Source: Selaginella moellendorffii
Taxonomy: Eukaryota > Plantae > Lycopodiophyta
Assembly (NCBI RefSeq): GCF_000143415.4
Contig: NW_003314288.1
Span: 1,770,672-1,834,671, forward strand
Length of the DNA: 64,000 bases
Direction: 5' to 3'
The notes beneath the pieces are model-generated. The model was given only the letters and a program-made list of their open reading frames with translations, made no database searches and was not told the origin of the DNA. This document shows, piece by piece, positions 1 to 13,500 of the stretch (positions within the stretch are counted from its first letter, which is position 1; every line of letters begins with the position of its first letter). A program made the position numbers and the translations under genes.

Positions 1-682
1 GCTTTCAGGACGGTGTCTGCAAATGCAGCGAAGGATGGACCAACTTTCTGGGCTCGCCCTATCTCCCCTGTGGAATACCAAAGTGTAAGATTCACGTAGT
101 CCGGTAGCTTTAATTCCACACCTCAATCCAGGCGACTTTAGGATGAGCTGCGATGGAGTGGATCCCAGTACCCCAGCACCACCCCCAAATTTCTCAATCA
201 GTCGTAAGCGCTCGCGATTCCTCTCCCAGATTTGCTCTGATCGTTTCTGGCAGCTTGTTTGATCCCTTTCATCTGTGGCGAGGGCGGGGACTGCATATCA
301 CAAAAGTTGAGCTTGGCGTACACTTGCGTGTGTCGCAAGGGATACAGAAACCTGCTGAACTCTACGTCGGGAATGTGCTTTAGGGACTGTAAGTTCTGAA
401 GTTTCAAAGGTGTTGATGGACATATCAATGCGCGACGAATCGCCATGCAGGCCAAGTTGGCATGGGATGCCAGGATTTGGGGCTTGGAATTAACCCAATG
501 ATTGAACCTCCGCCGCCACCACCACCAGTCCTATTTCAAAATAGTGAAGAATCTCAAAGTGTTCTAAAAGCAAAGTATCCTAACATTTGGTTTTCCCTGC
601 AGAGGGTACCTGGCTGCTTCCATCGCCACAGCTTCTAGTGCTCGTCCTCGTTGTTGCCATGACCACGACTCTGGGCAAATAG
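1..682 (+). CDS. 3' part of a multi-exon Cys-rich EGF-like, probably GPI-anchored protein (plant 'neurogenic locus notch-like' family); begins upstream of the window
   Basis: Manual splicing of short GT-AG introns gives ...CKCSEGWTNFLGSPYLPCGIPKC DFRMSC...PCLIPFICGEGGDC...YTCVCRKGYRNLLNSTSGMCFRDC QVGMGCQDLGL...PPPPPP and a hydrophobic C-terminus LLVLVLVVAMTTTLGK* (TAG 680-682). Not visible in the ORF track. Confidence 0.7.
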
Positions 683-1013
683 ATGTTTGACAATATTGTA
701 ATCCGCAAAGAAGTAGCAAAGTTGTACGTTGCATGCAAAGTAATCGACTCGAGGCCCGATCACTAGAGCTCATACATTTGATCACACAGCACCACTTTTG
801 TCAAGTCAAGCTTAAATCTCTGGAAGCCCTTGCATCTGTGGTCCAAAAGCTTGACTTCCCCGGTCCACAAAGTCATCCAAAGTTGGAGCTCTCTCGCAAT
901 CTTGTGATCACAGTCCAAAAGGAGAAAATTACTCAAGCTTTACAGACCTCTGAAAGAGCCACGGTGATGGCAGCACTTCTTCTTCTTCTTTTTCTTCGAG
1001 CTTTGCCACAGTG

Positions 1014-3580
1014 ATGGCAGCACTTCTTCTTCTTTTTGTTCTTGTTCTTCTTCTTGCGACCATCGCATCCCCGGCTCGCTACGAATGGGATCGCGATTGG
1101 AAGGTGTTCAACAATGCGAGCTTGAGGACGATACCAGCCGGAATGGAATATGGAAGCTTTCGCCAAGTGGTGGACGGTCGCGGCCATCCAATCTCGAGCG
1201 ACAACAGCACGCTGTGCCTCGCCTTCCTCGACTTGAACAGCACCGGCGGCTTCTACCTCTCGGTGATGCTGGGAGTCCACACGAACCAGGCGGTTCCCAT
1301 CTGGACCGCGAACCGGAACTCCCCAGTCTCGAGCAACGCCGCCATCCAGATCCTCAGCGGCGAGATGCGGCTCGTCGACTCGCAGAACCAGCGCGTCTGG
1401 AGTCCCTTCAAGCTCGGGATCCGCGGCATGGAGCTCACCGAAGACGGCAACTTACGGCTCTTCGACGATCAAGACGCGACGCTGTGGCAAACTTTCGACG
1501 ATCCGGTCGACGTTCTCATGCCCGGCCAGAGGTTCCGGACTGGCAGCAAGCTGGTGGCGAGCTCCGACAAGTCGAGCATGGCCGAGGGCCTGTTCGTGAC
1601 GAGCGTCGAGGTAAGCGGCCTAGCTCTCTACTTGAGGTCCTCGGACGCGATGGTGGCGCCGCAAGCTTATAGCATCTCGACCATGCAGAGCACCGTCGTG
1701 AAGAGGCAGCTTAGCACGGTTCTCCACGAGTGTCCCTCGTACCACGCCGTGTTCTCGTTCTCCGGTGCCGACTATGTGCTCGAGTACGAGGCCAAGGATA
1801 ACTCCACGGCCGCGTCTGGCTTGCTGCCGTGCTCGGCTCCTCGGAGAGTCCACTTCCCGTTCATCGACACCGGCTTGGAGTTGAGGTTCCTCCGCCTCGA
1901 GCACACCGGCGACCTTGTATCGTATGGCTTCGACTCGAGCTCGGGCTCGTGGAAGGCGGACTTTAGCTGGGAGTCCCTGGTGCAAGATAAAGTTTGTCCG
2001 ACTCCTGTCGCCTGCGGTCGATATGGTATGTGCCAGTCTCGAGGCTCGGCTCCTTGCAAGTGCCTCTCGAGAGCCACTGGGCGGTATGAAGTAGACTCGA
2101 GCACCGCTTGTCCATCGCCACCACCTTTCGTCACTGCTGAGACGTGTTCCGCTAGATCAGAGGCCCCTTGCAGGATTTCCTGGGAGTCTCGTATTTCCCG
2201 AACAAGCTGCTCCAGCCGGATATGGTGTCGCCCCTGGACAAGTGCCTGAATATGTGCAAGGCAAACTGCTCCTGTGCCGCGGTCTTCTATAGCAAGAACT
2301 CGAGCGGCTGCTACTTCGTCAAGGACATCCTAGGAAGCTTGGACTTTGATGCCACTGCTGCGGTGCAGTACTCCGCCCATCTCAAGCTCGAGAGTGGCAG
2401 CATTGTCCTGAAGCCTGGAAACAATAATGCTCAACGAGCTGCAAAGCTTGCCGGAATTGCTGTTGCCTCTGCGATTGCAGTGTTAGTCGCCTTGGGTGCC
2501 TGTGTCCTTGGACTCCGGAAGCGAAGGAGGCTCAAGGAGGAGGAGATGACGGTGAAGTCCCTGCTCAATTCCATGCCTGGTGCCACGCCTCACAGGTTCT
2601 CGTACAAAACTCTCAAGGTGGCGACGAGAGGTTTCACGCAGAAGCTGGGATCCGGCGGCTTTGGCTCCGTGTATGCTGGAGTGCTCGCGAACGGGACACG
2701 GTTGGCCGTGAAAGCTCTTGAGACGGGTGGCGGCCATGGTGGTCACAAGCAGTTTGTAGCCGAGGTAGTGTCGCTGGGGAGCATCAGTCACGTGAACATC
2801 GTCCGGCTCTGCGGCTACTGCGTGCATGGCTCGTCGAGGTTGCTGGTGTACGAGCACGTAGCAAATGGTTCCTTGGATCAGTGGCTTTTCGACAGCGGCA
2901 AAAGGAGCTTGAGCTGGGAGAGCCGCTGGAAGATTGCTCTTGGAACTGCGAGAGGGCTCGCTTATCTGCACGAAGAGTGTAGAGATCCAATCATGCATTT
3001 GGATATAAAACCGCAAAACATACTTCTGGACGAGGACTTCACGGCCAAAGTGTCCGACTTTGGGATGTCCAAGCTGCTGACGAGCAAGGACATCACACAG
3101 GTTGTGACTGGGGTGCGAGGAACTCCCGGCTACCTGGCCCCCGAGTGGCTGCTTAACTCCATAGCCACCAAGAAGTGTGACGTTTACAGCTGTGGAATGG
3201 TGCTGCTCGAGTTGATCAGTGGAAGAAGGAACATCCAGCCAGGCAAGCTTGCATCGTCCGGGAATGCTCTCGACTGGTTCTTCCCAATGTGGGCTGTGAA
3301 CGAGTTCAAGGCAGGAAGGCTTTTAGATATAGTGGACGAGAAGGTACGTTGTGTGGAGATTTTACCTCTTGTAGAGACGCTGTTTAAGGTTGCGCTGTGG
3401 TGCATCCAAGATAGTCCATCGGCCAGGCCTTCCATCAGCAGAGTTTTGCAAATGCTTGACGGGACTTGCGATGTTCCAGAGCCTCCGCTGGATTTTCAGT
3501 TTTATTACCAGCAACAGCGTGCAGCTTCAGGCAACGTCTCAGTTATCGCTCCAGTTTCACTGTCAATCGAAGCTAGATAA
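1014..3580 (+). CDS. G-type (bulb) lectin S-domain receptor-like kinase, SD2-5-like, with a frameshift near 2160-2170 (pseudogene or sequence error)
   Basis: Signal peptide; B-lectin motifs IWTANRNSPV, LTEDGNLRL, LWQTFDDPVDVLMPGQ; Cys-rich EGF/PAN region; transmembrane helix; kinase motifs LGSGGFG, LAVK, HLDIKPQN, DFG, GTPGYLAPE. Split over ORFs 1011-2249 and 2168-3580. Confidence 0.9.
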
Positions 3581-3764
3581 GTTGGAACAAATAAGAAAAC
3601 AACTGCCTGCTTTGCTTACCGCAGTAAGGGCTCGAAGGCTACTAGAAAAATGTACTAGATCTTTGCTCTGGGCCTGAGAACTTAGAAACTCCACCTGTAT
3701 GATCAGATCAAAAGGTTATTAACGACTCAGATAAATTCAACAGTACCTGCTTTTGCTTCCATCG

Positions 3765-5450
3765 CTACACCTCATAGTCGTGATCACCAACGTAATTGCT
3801 TGACAGTAAACCTTTACTTAGAACTCGTTTCTCATCCCCTTGTACGTTGCATGCACCCAGTAAACTCATCCATGCTGCTTCAGTCGGCATGAAAGGCATC
3901 GACTCAAGAAGTTCTTCAGCGACTTCTATCCGGCCTGCTCGAGCAAATCCGTCAATCACACAGTGATAGTGCCGTAACATCGGCCGCACTCCATAGTCCA
4001 CAATCATGGACTGGAACTGCTTGCAAGTTTGTTCGATCAATCCCCGGTGACTGCATGCCAGAAGAACACCTACGAACGTCACCTCGTCTGCCTCGACGCC
4101 TTCGGAGCTCATGAGAGACAGAAGCTCCAGAGCTTTATCAAACTGTCCGTTCTGAGCAAAGCCTCCGATGATGGCAGTCCACGAAGTCAAATCTTGCTGT
4201 GGCATGTTGACAAATATGCTCAGGGCCGTTTCGGTGTCACCCTTCAGCGCATATACTCCGATAGCACAAGTGAAAGTCACCAGGTTCCACATTGGCATTA
4301 GATGGAAGAGCGTAAGAAACTCTTTCGAGCAGCCGAGCTGAGTAAATGCCGTGACCATGGCGTTCCAGGAGAGCTGGTCTCGCCCCGGCATGCTCTGGAA
4401 CATAGACACTGCTTCATCCAGGCGACCAGCGTGAGTGTAGCCTGAAACCATGATGTTCCACGAAGAAACGACCCACTGTGGCATTCTATCGAACGTCGTT
4501 CTCGCAGCATCCACTTGATCGCTCTGTGAAACCGCTGAAACCATGACGTTCCACGACACCAAGCTCCGCTCCTCCAATCTCACGAACATCTCCTTGGCCT
4601 CCGCTAGATACGAGCTTCCAGCCAAGACCAGTGCCGTGAGCATTGCATCGTTGGAAACCACGTCCCACTCTGGCATCCTCGCGTGAGCGTCTCTGGCCAG
4701 TCCAACTTCACCGTTTCGAGCATAGCAGCCGAGCAGCAGCGTCCAGATGATCAAGTTCCTCTCGGGCATCTCGTCGAACAAACTCTTGGCCTTGGAGAGA
4801 TGCCCGGCATGGGCATAGACGGTCATAGCACTGTTCCAGGCCGGAAAGCTATGCTCCGGCATCAGGATTAGAATGATCTCTGCGTGCTCGCAGTTCTCCT
4901 GTTGATCGTGAGCAGCTATCAGAGCCGCCCAAGACACCGCATTCCTGGATTTCATCCTCTCAAACAATGCCTTTGCTTCTTCCAGATGCCCTGCCTGGGC
5001 ATACGCTGCGAGCATCGAGCTACACGCGACCACATCCAGCTGTGGGCACCTGCGAAAGACCTCCAGGCACGATTCAAAATCCCCAGCCTGCGCGTGAGCG
5101 TTCATCACGCTCCCCCAGGAGATGAAATCCCGCCGGGGCATCGATCCAAACAGCGATCTGGCCTCCTCCACAAGCCCGTTCTGTGCATATGCCTGGACCA
5201 TGATGTTCCACGAGTGGAGATTTGCATTGCGAATCCCATCAAAGACCTCGCGCGCTCTTCCGGGTAGCCCGCAGCGGCCATACGCCTCGATCAAGTGATT
5301 GCACACAAACCTGTCGCGGCAATGCTCGGATCCAAGAATGCCGGCGTGTAGCGCCTCCAAATCTTGCGCGCAGCCGCAAGATTTCAAGCCCTGGACCAGC
5401 GCTAGTGCGGGATCGTCCTGTCCGGAGAAGCGCCGGGTGATCGATCGCAT
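3765..5450 (-). CDS. PLS-class pentatricopeptide repeat protein with short E region and no DYW domain
   Basis: Intronless ORF with repeated ~31-aa units (MPERN..SWN.M..AYAQ.G), then FVGVLLACSHRG...HYHCVIDGFARAG...MPFMP...W.SLLGAC. Confidence 0.92.
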   Translation of the reverse strand: MRSITRRFSGQDDPALALVQGLKSCGCAQDLEALHAGILGSEHCRDRFVCNHLIEAYGRCGLPGRAREVFDGIRNANLHSWNIMVQAYAQNGLVEEARSLFGSMPRRDFISWGSVMNAHAQAGDFESCLEVFRRCPQLDVVACSSMLAAYAQAGHLEEAKALFERMKSRNAVSWAALIAAHDQQENCEHAEIILILMPEHSFPAWNSAMTVYAHAGHLSKAKSLFDEMPERNLIIWTLLLGCYARNGEVGLARDAHARMPEWDVVSNDAMLTALVLAGSSYLAEAKEMFVRLEERSLVSWNVMVSAVSQSDQVDAARTTFDRMPQWVVSSWNIMVSGYTHAGRLDEAVSMFQSMPGRDQLSWNAMVTAFTQLGCSKEFLTLFHLMPMWNLVTFTCAIGVYALKGDTETALSIFVNMPQQDLTSWTAIIGGFAQNGQFDKALELLSLMSSEGVEADEVTFVGVLLACSHRGLIEQTCKQFQSMIVDYGVRPMLRHYHCVIDGFARAGRIEVAEELLESMPFMPTEAAWMSLLGACNVQGDEKRVLSKGLLSSNYVGDHDYEV

Positions 5451-5699
5451 CAACAAGTCATGCCCTATCGGATAGAATGCGCCAAGAATGTCGATATCCA
5501 GTCAAGCAAAGCGGACAAGCTATAGTGCTTGCCAATCCATTGTTAGATGCGACGGCCAGGATAGACGACGAATCGTCAGGCGATGGACGGCTCGTGTCGC
5601 ACCATTTGGATTATGGAATGTTCCAGCGTCTGGTGTATATGACAACAGAGTCGCCTATGGCAAAAGAACGTTTTCTTTCGGGGGTTTGGGATTTTGGCT

Positions 5700-8600
5700 A
5701 TGGCGGGCGGCCGCTCCCTCTTGACCATCCTTGTCTTCCTGGCGATCGCGGAGCTGGGCGCGAGCAAGAGGTACAACACCACGGCCGGCATTGTCGCCGG
5801 CAAGATCAACGTCCATCTCGTCCCACACACGCACGATGATGTCGGATGGCTCAAGACTGTGGATCAGTACTACATTGGATCCAACAATACCATCCAGGTG
5901 TGTTTTCTGCGTGAATCCAGCTCTTTCGCTGGATTTTCGGATCATCCGCGGCAAGAAATTGGGGGAATAACCTAGCGATTGACAGGAAGCTGGAGTCCAG
6001 TACATTCTCGATAGCATTCTCATGTACCTGACGAGTAATCCGGATCGAAAATTCGTGTATGTCGAGCAGGTACTTGCATTGATTCTTATCTCTCTGTTTC
6101 TTTCTTCGAGAATCCAACAGTATTTTTGCTCGAGTTTCAGGCGTTTTTCCAGAGATGGTGGAGAGAACAAACAGAAGAGGTGCAAAGTGTTGTAAAAGAG
6201 CTGATCCATTCCGGGAGGCTTGAGCTCATGTAAGTCGATCGATGGCTCTTTTACTTTCGTGTTTGTGAGAGGAATTTCACGGCGCTTCCAAATTGTAGAA
6301 ACGGGGGATGGTGCATGCACGATGAAGCAGCGACGCATTACATAGATATGATTGAGCAGACGACCCTTGGACACAAGTATATCAAGGAGCAATTTGGAGT
6401 GACTCCTCGCATTGGATGGCAGATTGATCCTTTTGGTCACTCCGCCGTTCAAGCATATCTTCTAGGCGCCGAGGTACGAGATACAGCTTTGTCATGGCTT
6501 CTGGCCTTACGTACTCTTTTGTTTTTGTCCATTCAGCTTGGTTTTGACGCATTATTTTTCGCCCGAATTGACTATCAAGATAGACGTCAAAGATACAAGG
6601 ACAAAAGCTTAGAAGTTATTTGGCAGGGCTCAAATACTTTAGGCTCGGATGCACAGGTGAGTTGCTATTTAGTAAGGCTAAAAGATTGATTAACTCTCTC
6701 TGGAGAACAGGTATTTACAAGTATTTTTCCAGTTCATTACGGTCCACCAGATGGTCATGGTTTAGCTTACGAAGAATCAGACGAGATTCCAGTTCAAGTA
6801 AGTTGGTTTTGATTTTAAAAAAATCGCGTTATTTACGATGCTATGCCAGGACGATCCTTTGCTTTTTGATTATAACGTGAACGAGAGAGTGGACGCATTT
6901 GTAGCTGCAGCTCAATCCCAGGTTGATTGCTATTGTAAGAAAAACGATCTGCTAACTGTTTCTTGCAGGCAAATATAACACGTACCAATCATATAATGTG
7001 GACCATGGGAAATGATTTTAAGTACGCATTAGCTGGCAAGTGGTTTGTGCAAATGGATAAGTTCATACACTACGTGAATCTTGTGGGTGCGTAATATTTT
7101 TTCTGCTAGACTGACGAGGGGACTGATGCAGGATGGTAGAGTCAACGCCCTATACTCAACCCCATCAATGTACCTTGACGCCAAACACGCTGCGGATGAA
7201 ACCTGGCCGCTGAAGACGGACGATTTTTTCCCGTAAGCTTACAACTAGGAGTAGTATTATTCATTTGAAGTTGTTGTTACAGGTATGCTGATGATAAAAA
7301 ATCTTTCTGGACTGGATATTTCACCAGTAGAGCTGCGTTCAAGGGATATGTCAGAGAAATCAGCGGATTTCTTCAGGCAAGAGCTTTGTTCGTTTTGTCT
7401 AGCTGCTGATAGGTTTACCAGGCAGCAAGACAACTTGAGTTTCTAGCTGGAAGGAAGAAAGATGTTCCTAATACTGACAGCTTGTGGGATGCATTGAGTA
7501 TTTCTCAACACCATGATGGTGTTAGTGGAACTGAAAAACAGCACGTCACAAATGATTATGCGAAGCGCCTCGCCATTGGTGCAGCTGAGGTATGCTTTAA
7601 ATCTTGAGGATTCTACACTTTTTTATTGACGATGACTTTGCAGTCGGACTTGGTTGTAAAGTCGGCTCTAAAGGCATTAACAAGTTCTTCTGAAGAGAAT
7701 TTTGTGAAGGTAACTTTTAAGCATGATATTTTCTCCTTAGAACGCTTGTGAATTCTCCAGTGCCCGCTTCTCAACGTCAGCTTTTGCCCGTTGACAGAAC
7801 ACGCAAAAAAGAACTTGGTATAGACTCCAAGTTTTCATGCAGCAATGCTAACCCTTGAGTTTTGCAGGTTGTAACAGCGTACAACCCGCTGGCATGGCAA
7901 AGAGAAGATTATGTTCGGATACCTGTATGTACATTAAAAACCTTGTTGAGGTATGCTTATGCTGAAACCTTGCAGGTTAATGAAGAAGGACTAGTTGTAA
8001 AAGATGCCTCTGGTAAAGCAGTGCCCTCTCAGCTTGTACCTGTGAGTGACGCAACGAAAAGAACCCGATCCTATTATGTACGTGCTAATCTCGGGGTGGC
8101 TCCGGGGACGCCTCCTAGTTATTGGCTTTATTTCAAAGCTGCTGTACCTCCTCTTGGTGTAAGCACATACTATGTTAGCATTGGATCGGCAGACACTGGT
8201 AAATTTTGTGCTACTAATTCGACTCTATATAATCTACTCCTCTGAATGCAGCAACAGTGTCAAAGTTCGAAAACAGCAACGGATCTAGCTCTATTGAAGC
8301 TGGATTTGATACTAAATTGACATTTTCTTCAAAAACTGGTTATTTGACAAGAATATCGAATGGCAAATCTGGGGTATGTAAATAATGTCTTGTGGCGTTA
8401 TCATTCATGTTGTTTTTTTTCAGGCTGAAACTCCTGTTCAACAATCTTATTACTGGTACGCTGGCTATGCTGGATCCGGACAGGTATGACACATAAATTA
8501 CAATGTCTTGTCGTGATGGATTTTTCATATGTGTCAGCACTCGGGAGCGTATATTTTTCTTCCAGATGGGCAAACAGCCACACCGGTGGCAAGTGAGGTA

Positions 8601-10207
8601 ACTTAATATCTATTGCATAATGCTGAACAAGGTTTCACGTGCCTTTCTCTTGGAAGGTGTCTTTAAAAATTGTTCGAGGGCCTCTAGTTGAAGAGGTTCA
8701 CCAGGAAGTTGCTCCGTGGATCTACCAGGTGCTGTGAAGTTCTGCCTATATTCTTGGCTTATATGTTGTTGCTTGAGTTTTGCAGATTTTCAGATTGTAC
8801 AAAGATGTCGGGCATGCAGAAGTAGAATTTGTGGTATAAACAGCTAGTTTCTGGACTGCAGATCTTAACTTTCCTTCCTTTGTTCAGGTTGGCCCAATTC
8901 CAGTTGACGATGGAATCGGCAAAGAAGTAATAACCAGATTCACCACTGGCATTCCCAGTGAGGGCGTGTTTTATAGTGATTCAAATGGTCGTGACTTTAT
9001 AAAGCGGGTAAGAAACTGAAATATATATTTTTCTCTTGCTGATGTTTCTGCAGGTAAGGGATTTCAGATCCGACTGGAAGCTAGAAGTTACACAACCAGT
9101 TGCTGGGAACTATTACCCGGTAAGGCTGCTGCTTGCTCTGCTTTGTGGTTATAAACTTCGGTAATAAGTGTAGGTGAATCTTGGAGTTTACCTGACGGAC
9201 AAGAAAACCGACTTTTCGATTTTGGTTGATCGTTCTGTTGGTGCCGGAAGCATTTCAGATGGTCAACTTGAAGTCATGCTACATAGGTGTGCCTTTCTCA
9301 AATTTCTTTTCTTACTGTATAAATTTTCTCTTTAGACGCTTGCTAGTTGATGATGGGAGAGGAGTTGGAGAGGCGCTGGACGAAGTTGTCTGTCTGCCTC
9401 AAGGAAACTCGAGCAACTGCGAAGGCTTGACTGTGAGTCTAAGTTTCTCTCTGTTCTTTGGACTAGTCGCGTTATATTATTTCTGTTTAACAGGTGCAAG
9501 GCATTTCTTATATTAACGTGAACCCGGTTGCCAAAGCTGCTCGTTGGCGCCGGTATGAAGGGCAGAAGAAGCTGTTTCCTTTACAACTTTATTTTGGAAC
9601 AACGGTACGTGATGTTGTAAGTACGTGCAGTACGCAGTCTAACTTTGTATTGCAGGATGGGGAGAACAAGATAAATGGTTTCACGTCATTTGCGTCGGGA
9701 TATGCATTACCAGAAAACGTTGGGCTTATAACACTTCAGGTGGATCAATCTCTGTTTGGGTGAGCTTCTAACTTTTTGTGCTTGACAGGCATTGGACAAT
9801 GGAGATGCTCTGTTGCGTTTGGCCCATTTGTACGAGGTACGACAATAAGTTGGCTAGCTAAAATACTAAAAAGCCGCATGCGACAGGCTGATGAAGACGA
9901 AGATTTATCCAAGACCGCAACTGTCGACCTGAGCAAACTCTTTCCAGGCCGCAAGGTAAGCTAAACTTTCTCCACTAAGTAACAATACTAAACGCTTTCC
10001 ACGTGTGTCACGCTCCAGATCAAGTCGGCGACGGAGCTCTCACTCTCCGCGAACCAAGAAAAGTCCAACATCAAGCCTCTCAAGTGGAAGATCGCAAAGG
10101 CTGGAATCACTCGAAAGTCACCGCGGGGAGCGGCACTGGACGCGAGCAAGATGGAGGTGGAGCTTGGATGCATGGAGATTCGCACCATCCAGATCCACTT
10201 CGAGTAA
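5700..10207 (+). CDS. Glycoside hydrolase family 38 alpha-mannosidase (many short introns)
   Basis: Signal peptide; [37 protein letters not shown] (nucleophile), [44 protein letters not shown]; stop TAA 10205-10207. Confidence 0.95.
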
Positions 10208-10588
10208 GTTTACTTGCTACTTACTATAGCGTTTTGGCGCTGGACAGGAACAAGAAAAATATTTGCTAATTCCATAGGGACAAGCTCGAAGAGAACGCTG
10301 CTGGCGCTGCCACTCTTCGTGTTGCTTAAGCTCACGCAAGCAAAGAGAAAATAATCCAGATTTCCTATGGCCAGAAGGACACATTTAAGTAGTTCCAATG
10401 TAAAGCGACGTGTTACATTGGCTAGGCTAGGGTTCTTTAATCGAGCGCGTGGGACGGGAGCGCAGCGACAGCTCGATTTGTTCGATCCATCCAGCGCAAG
10501 TTGAAATCGTTAGCTGTCCTGTCCTGCCCTGTTCTTGTCGCTGGAGCACGATCGAGCGATCTATTCGATCTCCGTGCTTAAAGGCGCG

Positions 10589-13500
10589 ATGATCCAGTTC
10601 GTGAGCTCCAGATCGACGTCTACGTCGGCCGCGGCATCTACAGTGGTGAGCTCCAATTGGCAGATTCTCTTAAACAATGCCGCTGTTGCTGCTCCTTGGC
10701 GGGGAATTTACGATCACAGCAAGATTGCAAGCAAAGGGTCCACTTTTGTGAGGACGCTCGCTTGTTTGAGAGCTTGTCCCTCTCAGCCGGCTATGGAGGT
10801 AGCAAGGCTTGACTCGCATTTCCTATTTGCGTTCGCTGGTTTTGATTTCGTTTCTCCAGCGCCACATCGAGGCAGATCCAGGAATGGGGCTGCCAGCACT
10901 GGCGTGGAAGCGGAGGCTGGATACTCCTGTGATGGAGCTCAAGGAGTTTAAGCCAACTTTCAGAGAAATACTCGAGATGGTTTGTCATTGTTTTGTGGAA
11001 GTCAAGAGCTCACAGGCTTTGGTTTTGTTTGTTCGAATTTCATAGCTGCCGATGGGTGTCCGGCTGTGGAAGTTTTGCAGAAGTGAGCACGAACAAGGAC
11101 GGGTAACGTTTTCTCTAGATCGATGGAAAATTCGGTTCTTAGCTTGGTTTTTTCTTTCTCTCGCAGAGAGCGCCTATCGATCCATTCTACCCTCAAGATA
11201 CGCCGGCTTCTTCGTGCCAAGGTGTTCCTCTCGGTGGAATTGGGTCTGTATAATACTGCCTTCGCTTTGGAAGAGTGAGTCGAGTCTTGTTAACTCGTGT
11301 AGAGTGATTTTGGAATTAACGCCCGTGCAGGGGAGGAAGCATTGGTAGAGGTTTCCGAGGTGATTTTTCACGATGGCAACTGCTTCCAACCGTTTGCCAG
11401 ACTTCTGCTGTTCTAGCTGATCAGTTCTCGGTATGAAGTGAAGCTTTCCCTTCTTGCAGCTAACGTATGCTGAAATTCTACGCAGGTTTTTATCACCCGG
11501 CACAGTAAAGATGGCACAACGCAAAAGACCTCATCAGTGTTGTTTCCTGGTGAGCCAGTTTTTGAAAGGTACATTTTCGAAACAAAGCGTGCTTTTACGC
11601 GCTGACTTATTGGTCTTTCTTTTTCTTATATAGTGAGGAGACTGAATCCGGGATTTCTTCTTGGAACTGGAATCTAACTGGGGTAAAAAGCACTTATTAC
11701 GGGTTATTCCCTCGTGCCTGGACAACTTATGATGGTAGGCGAGCATCTTTTCTTTTTCGCAATGATGAGTGTTTTAACAATTCAGGAGAACCGGATCCTC
11801 AAATGAAGATTACATGCCGCCAGGTTTCGCCATTCTTACCACACAACTACAAAGAAAGTAGTTTTCCTTCTTGTGTCTTCATCTATGAGGTGGGCCAGTT
11901 AGAACTCATTATCAGCACTAGATGAGCGGTTCTTTCAGCTGGTAAATACAGGAGATGAAGACGCGACGGCTACGCTGCTATTTACGTGGGCTGTAAGTCG
12001 TTTCATGTCTTTGACTTCATGTAATTCCGACGGATATACAGAACAGCATTGCTGGAGGATCGGAAACATCTGGAGGCCATGAAAATTCTCCTTTCATGTG
12101 AGTAAGCGGTGATACGCATGTCAAAGTTTTAACTTCATGAAGCAGGGAAGAGGATGGAGTCCGTGGGGTGCTTCTTCATCACAGGTAGTAGAACAAAGGT
12201 TTCCAGGTTTCAATAAGCAAGACTTTTTATTTTTATTTCACTTTTTTCAGGAAAGAAGAGCACTCTGTGACGTTCGCTATTGCGGCAAGGGAAACGGACG
12301 ATGTTTCCACATCAGTCTGTCCTTGTTTTCTAGTTGCTGGTGCCCCGGAGGGAAATTCTTATCAAACGGCGAAGGATATGTGGAGTGAGATAATAGAGGT
12401 CGGATCGCTTAGCGTTTTCGAAGAAGTCATTTCCTTGTCTTGTTTTTACAGAAAGGATGCTTTAATGCGAAGAATTCGACGATGTCCGCTTCGTTGTCGC
12501 AACCGGAAACCGTTGTGGGAGCTGCTGTTGCCGCAAGTGTTGTTGTTCCAGCACACGGAACAAAATCCATCACCTTTGGACTGGCATGGGATTCACCTAA
12601 AGCTACCTTCTTGGGTGGTAGCTCCTACTACAGGTAAGGAGATAATCTTCTTTATATTAGCTTCTCGAGCGGAATTTGCAGGAGGTACACGAAGTTTTAT
12701 GGGAAGTCTGGCAACGCTGCATCGAAGCTTGTTCACGACGCCATTTTGAGTGAGCGAGGACATTTCTCCGCATTTTACCTGATTTCGCTGTTGTCTATAG
12801 ATTACAAGCGCTGGGAATCTGAGATTCATGCTTGGCAAGAACCGATCCTAAACGACCACAGCCTTCCAGAATGGTGAGCATAATAACTTACTTGCTGCTA
12901 AGTTTCTGATGAGGCTGTAGGTACCGCTACACTCTATTTAACGAGCTTTACTACTTGGTGGCTGGAGGAACGATATGGACAGGTATGAACATGAAACGCA
13001 TTTACACGACCTTGCTATGTGATTTAAGTTTTTCAGATAGTTGCCGTCAGGCGTGTTTAGCTCAGAAGCTTAACCCGGTAAAATCCAATGGAGTCTCGGA
13101 AGCATTGCTAGACGCTATCAACGCAAATTCGGAGGCTCAGTCATTTTGGTCCTTTGATATACCGGCGGTCGAAGATAACGTGGGACAGTTTCTCTACTTG
13201 GAAGGAGTGGAATATCATTTCTGGAACACGTACGACGTGCATTTCTACGCCTCGTATGCACTGCTGGCCTTGTTTCCACGGCTTGAACTTCAACTCCAGC
13301 GAGACTTTGCGGCTGCCACCCTTTCGCATGACCCAGAAAAGATGTTTTATCTGGCATATGGCAACACCGGCATCAGAGCTGTTTTCGGTTCGGTTCCACA
13401 CGACCTCGGTACGCATGATCCGTGGAACACACTTAACAGCTACAACTTGTACGACACTAGCAAGTGGAAGGATCTGAATTGCAAGTTCGTGGTTCAGGTA

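Noticed and set aside
1085-6452. Antisense and alternate-frame ORFs overlapping the kinase, PPR and mannosidase genes
   Set aside because: Shadow ORFs of GC-rich coding sequence with no domain features.
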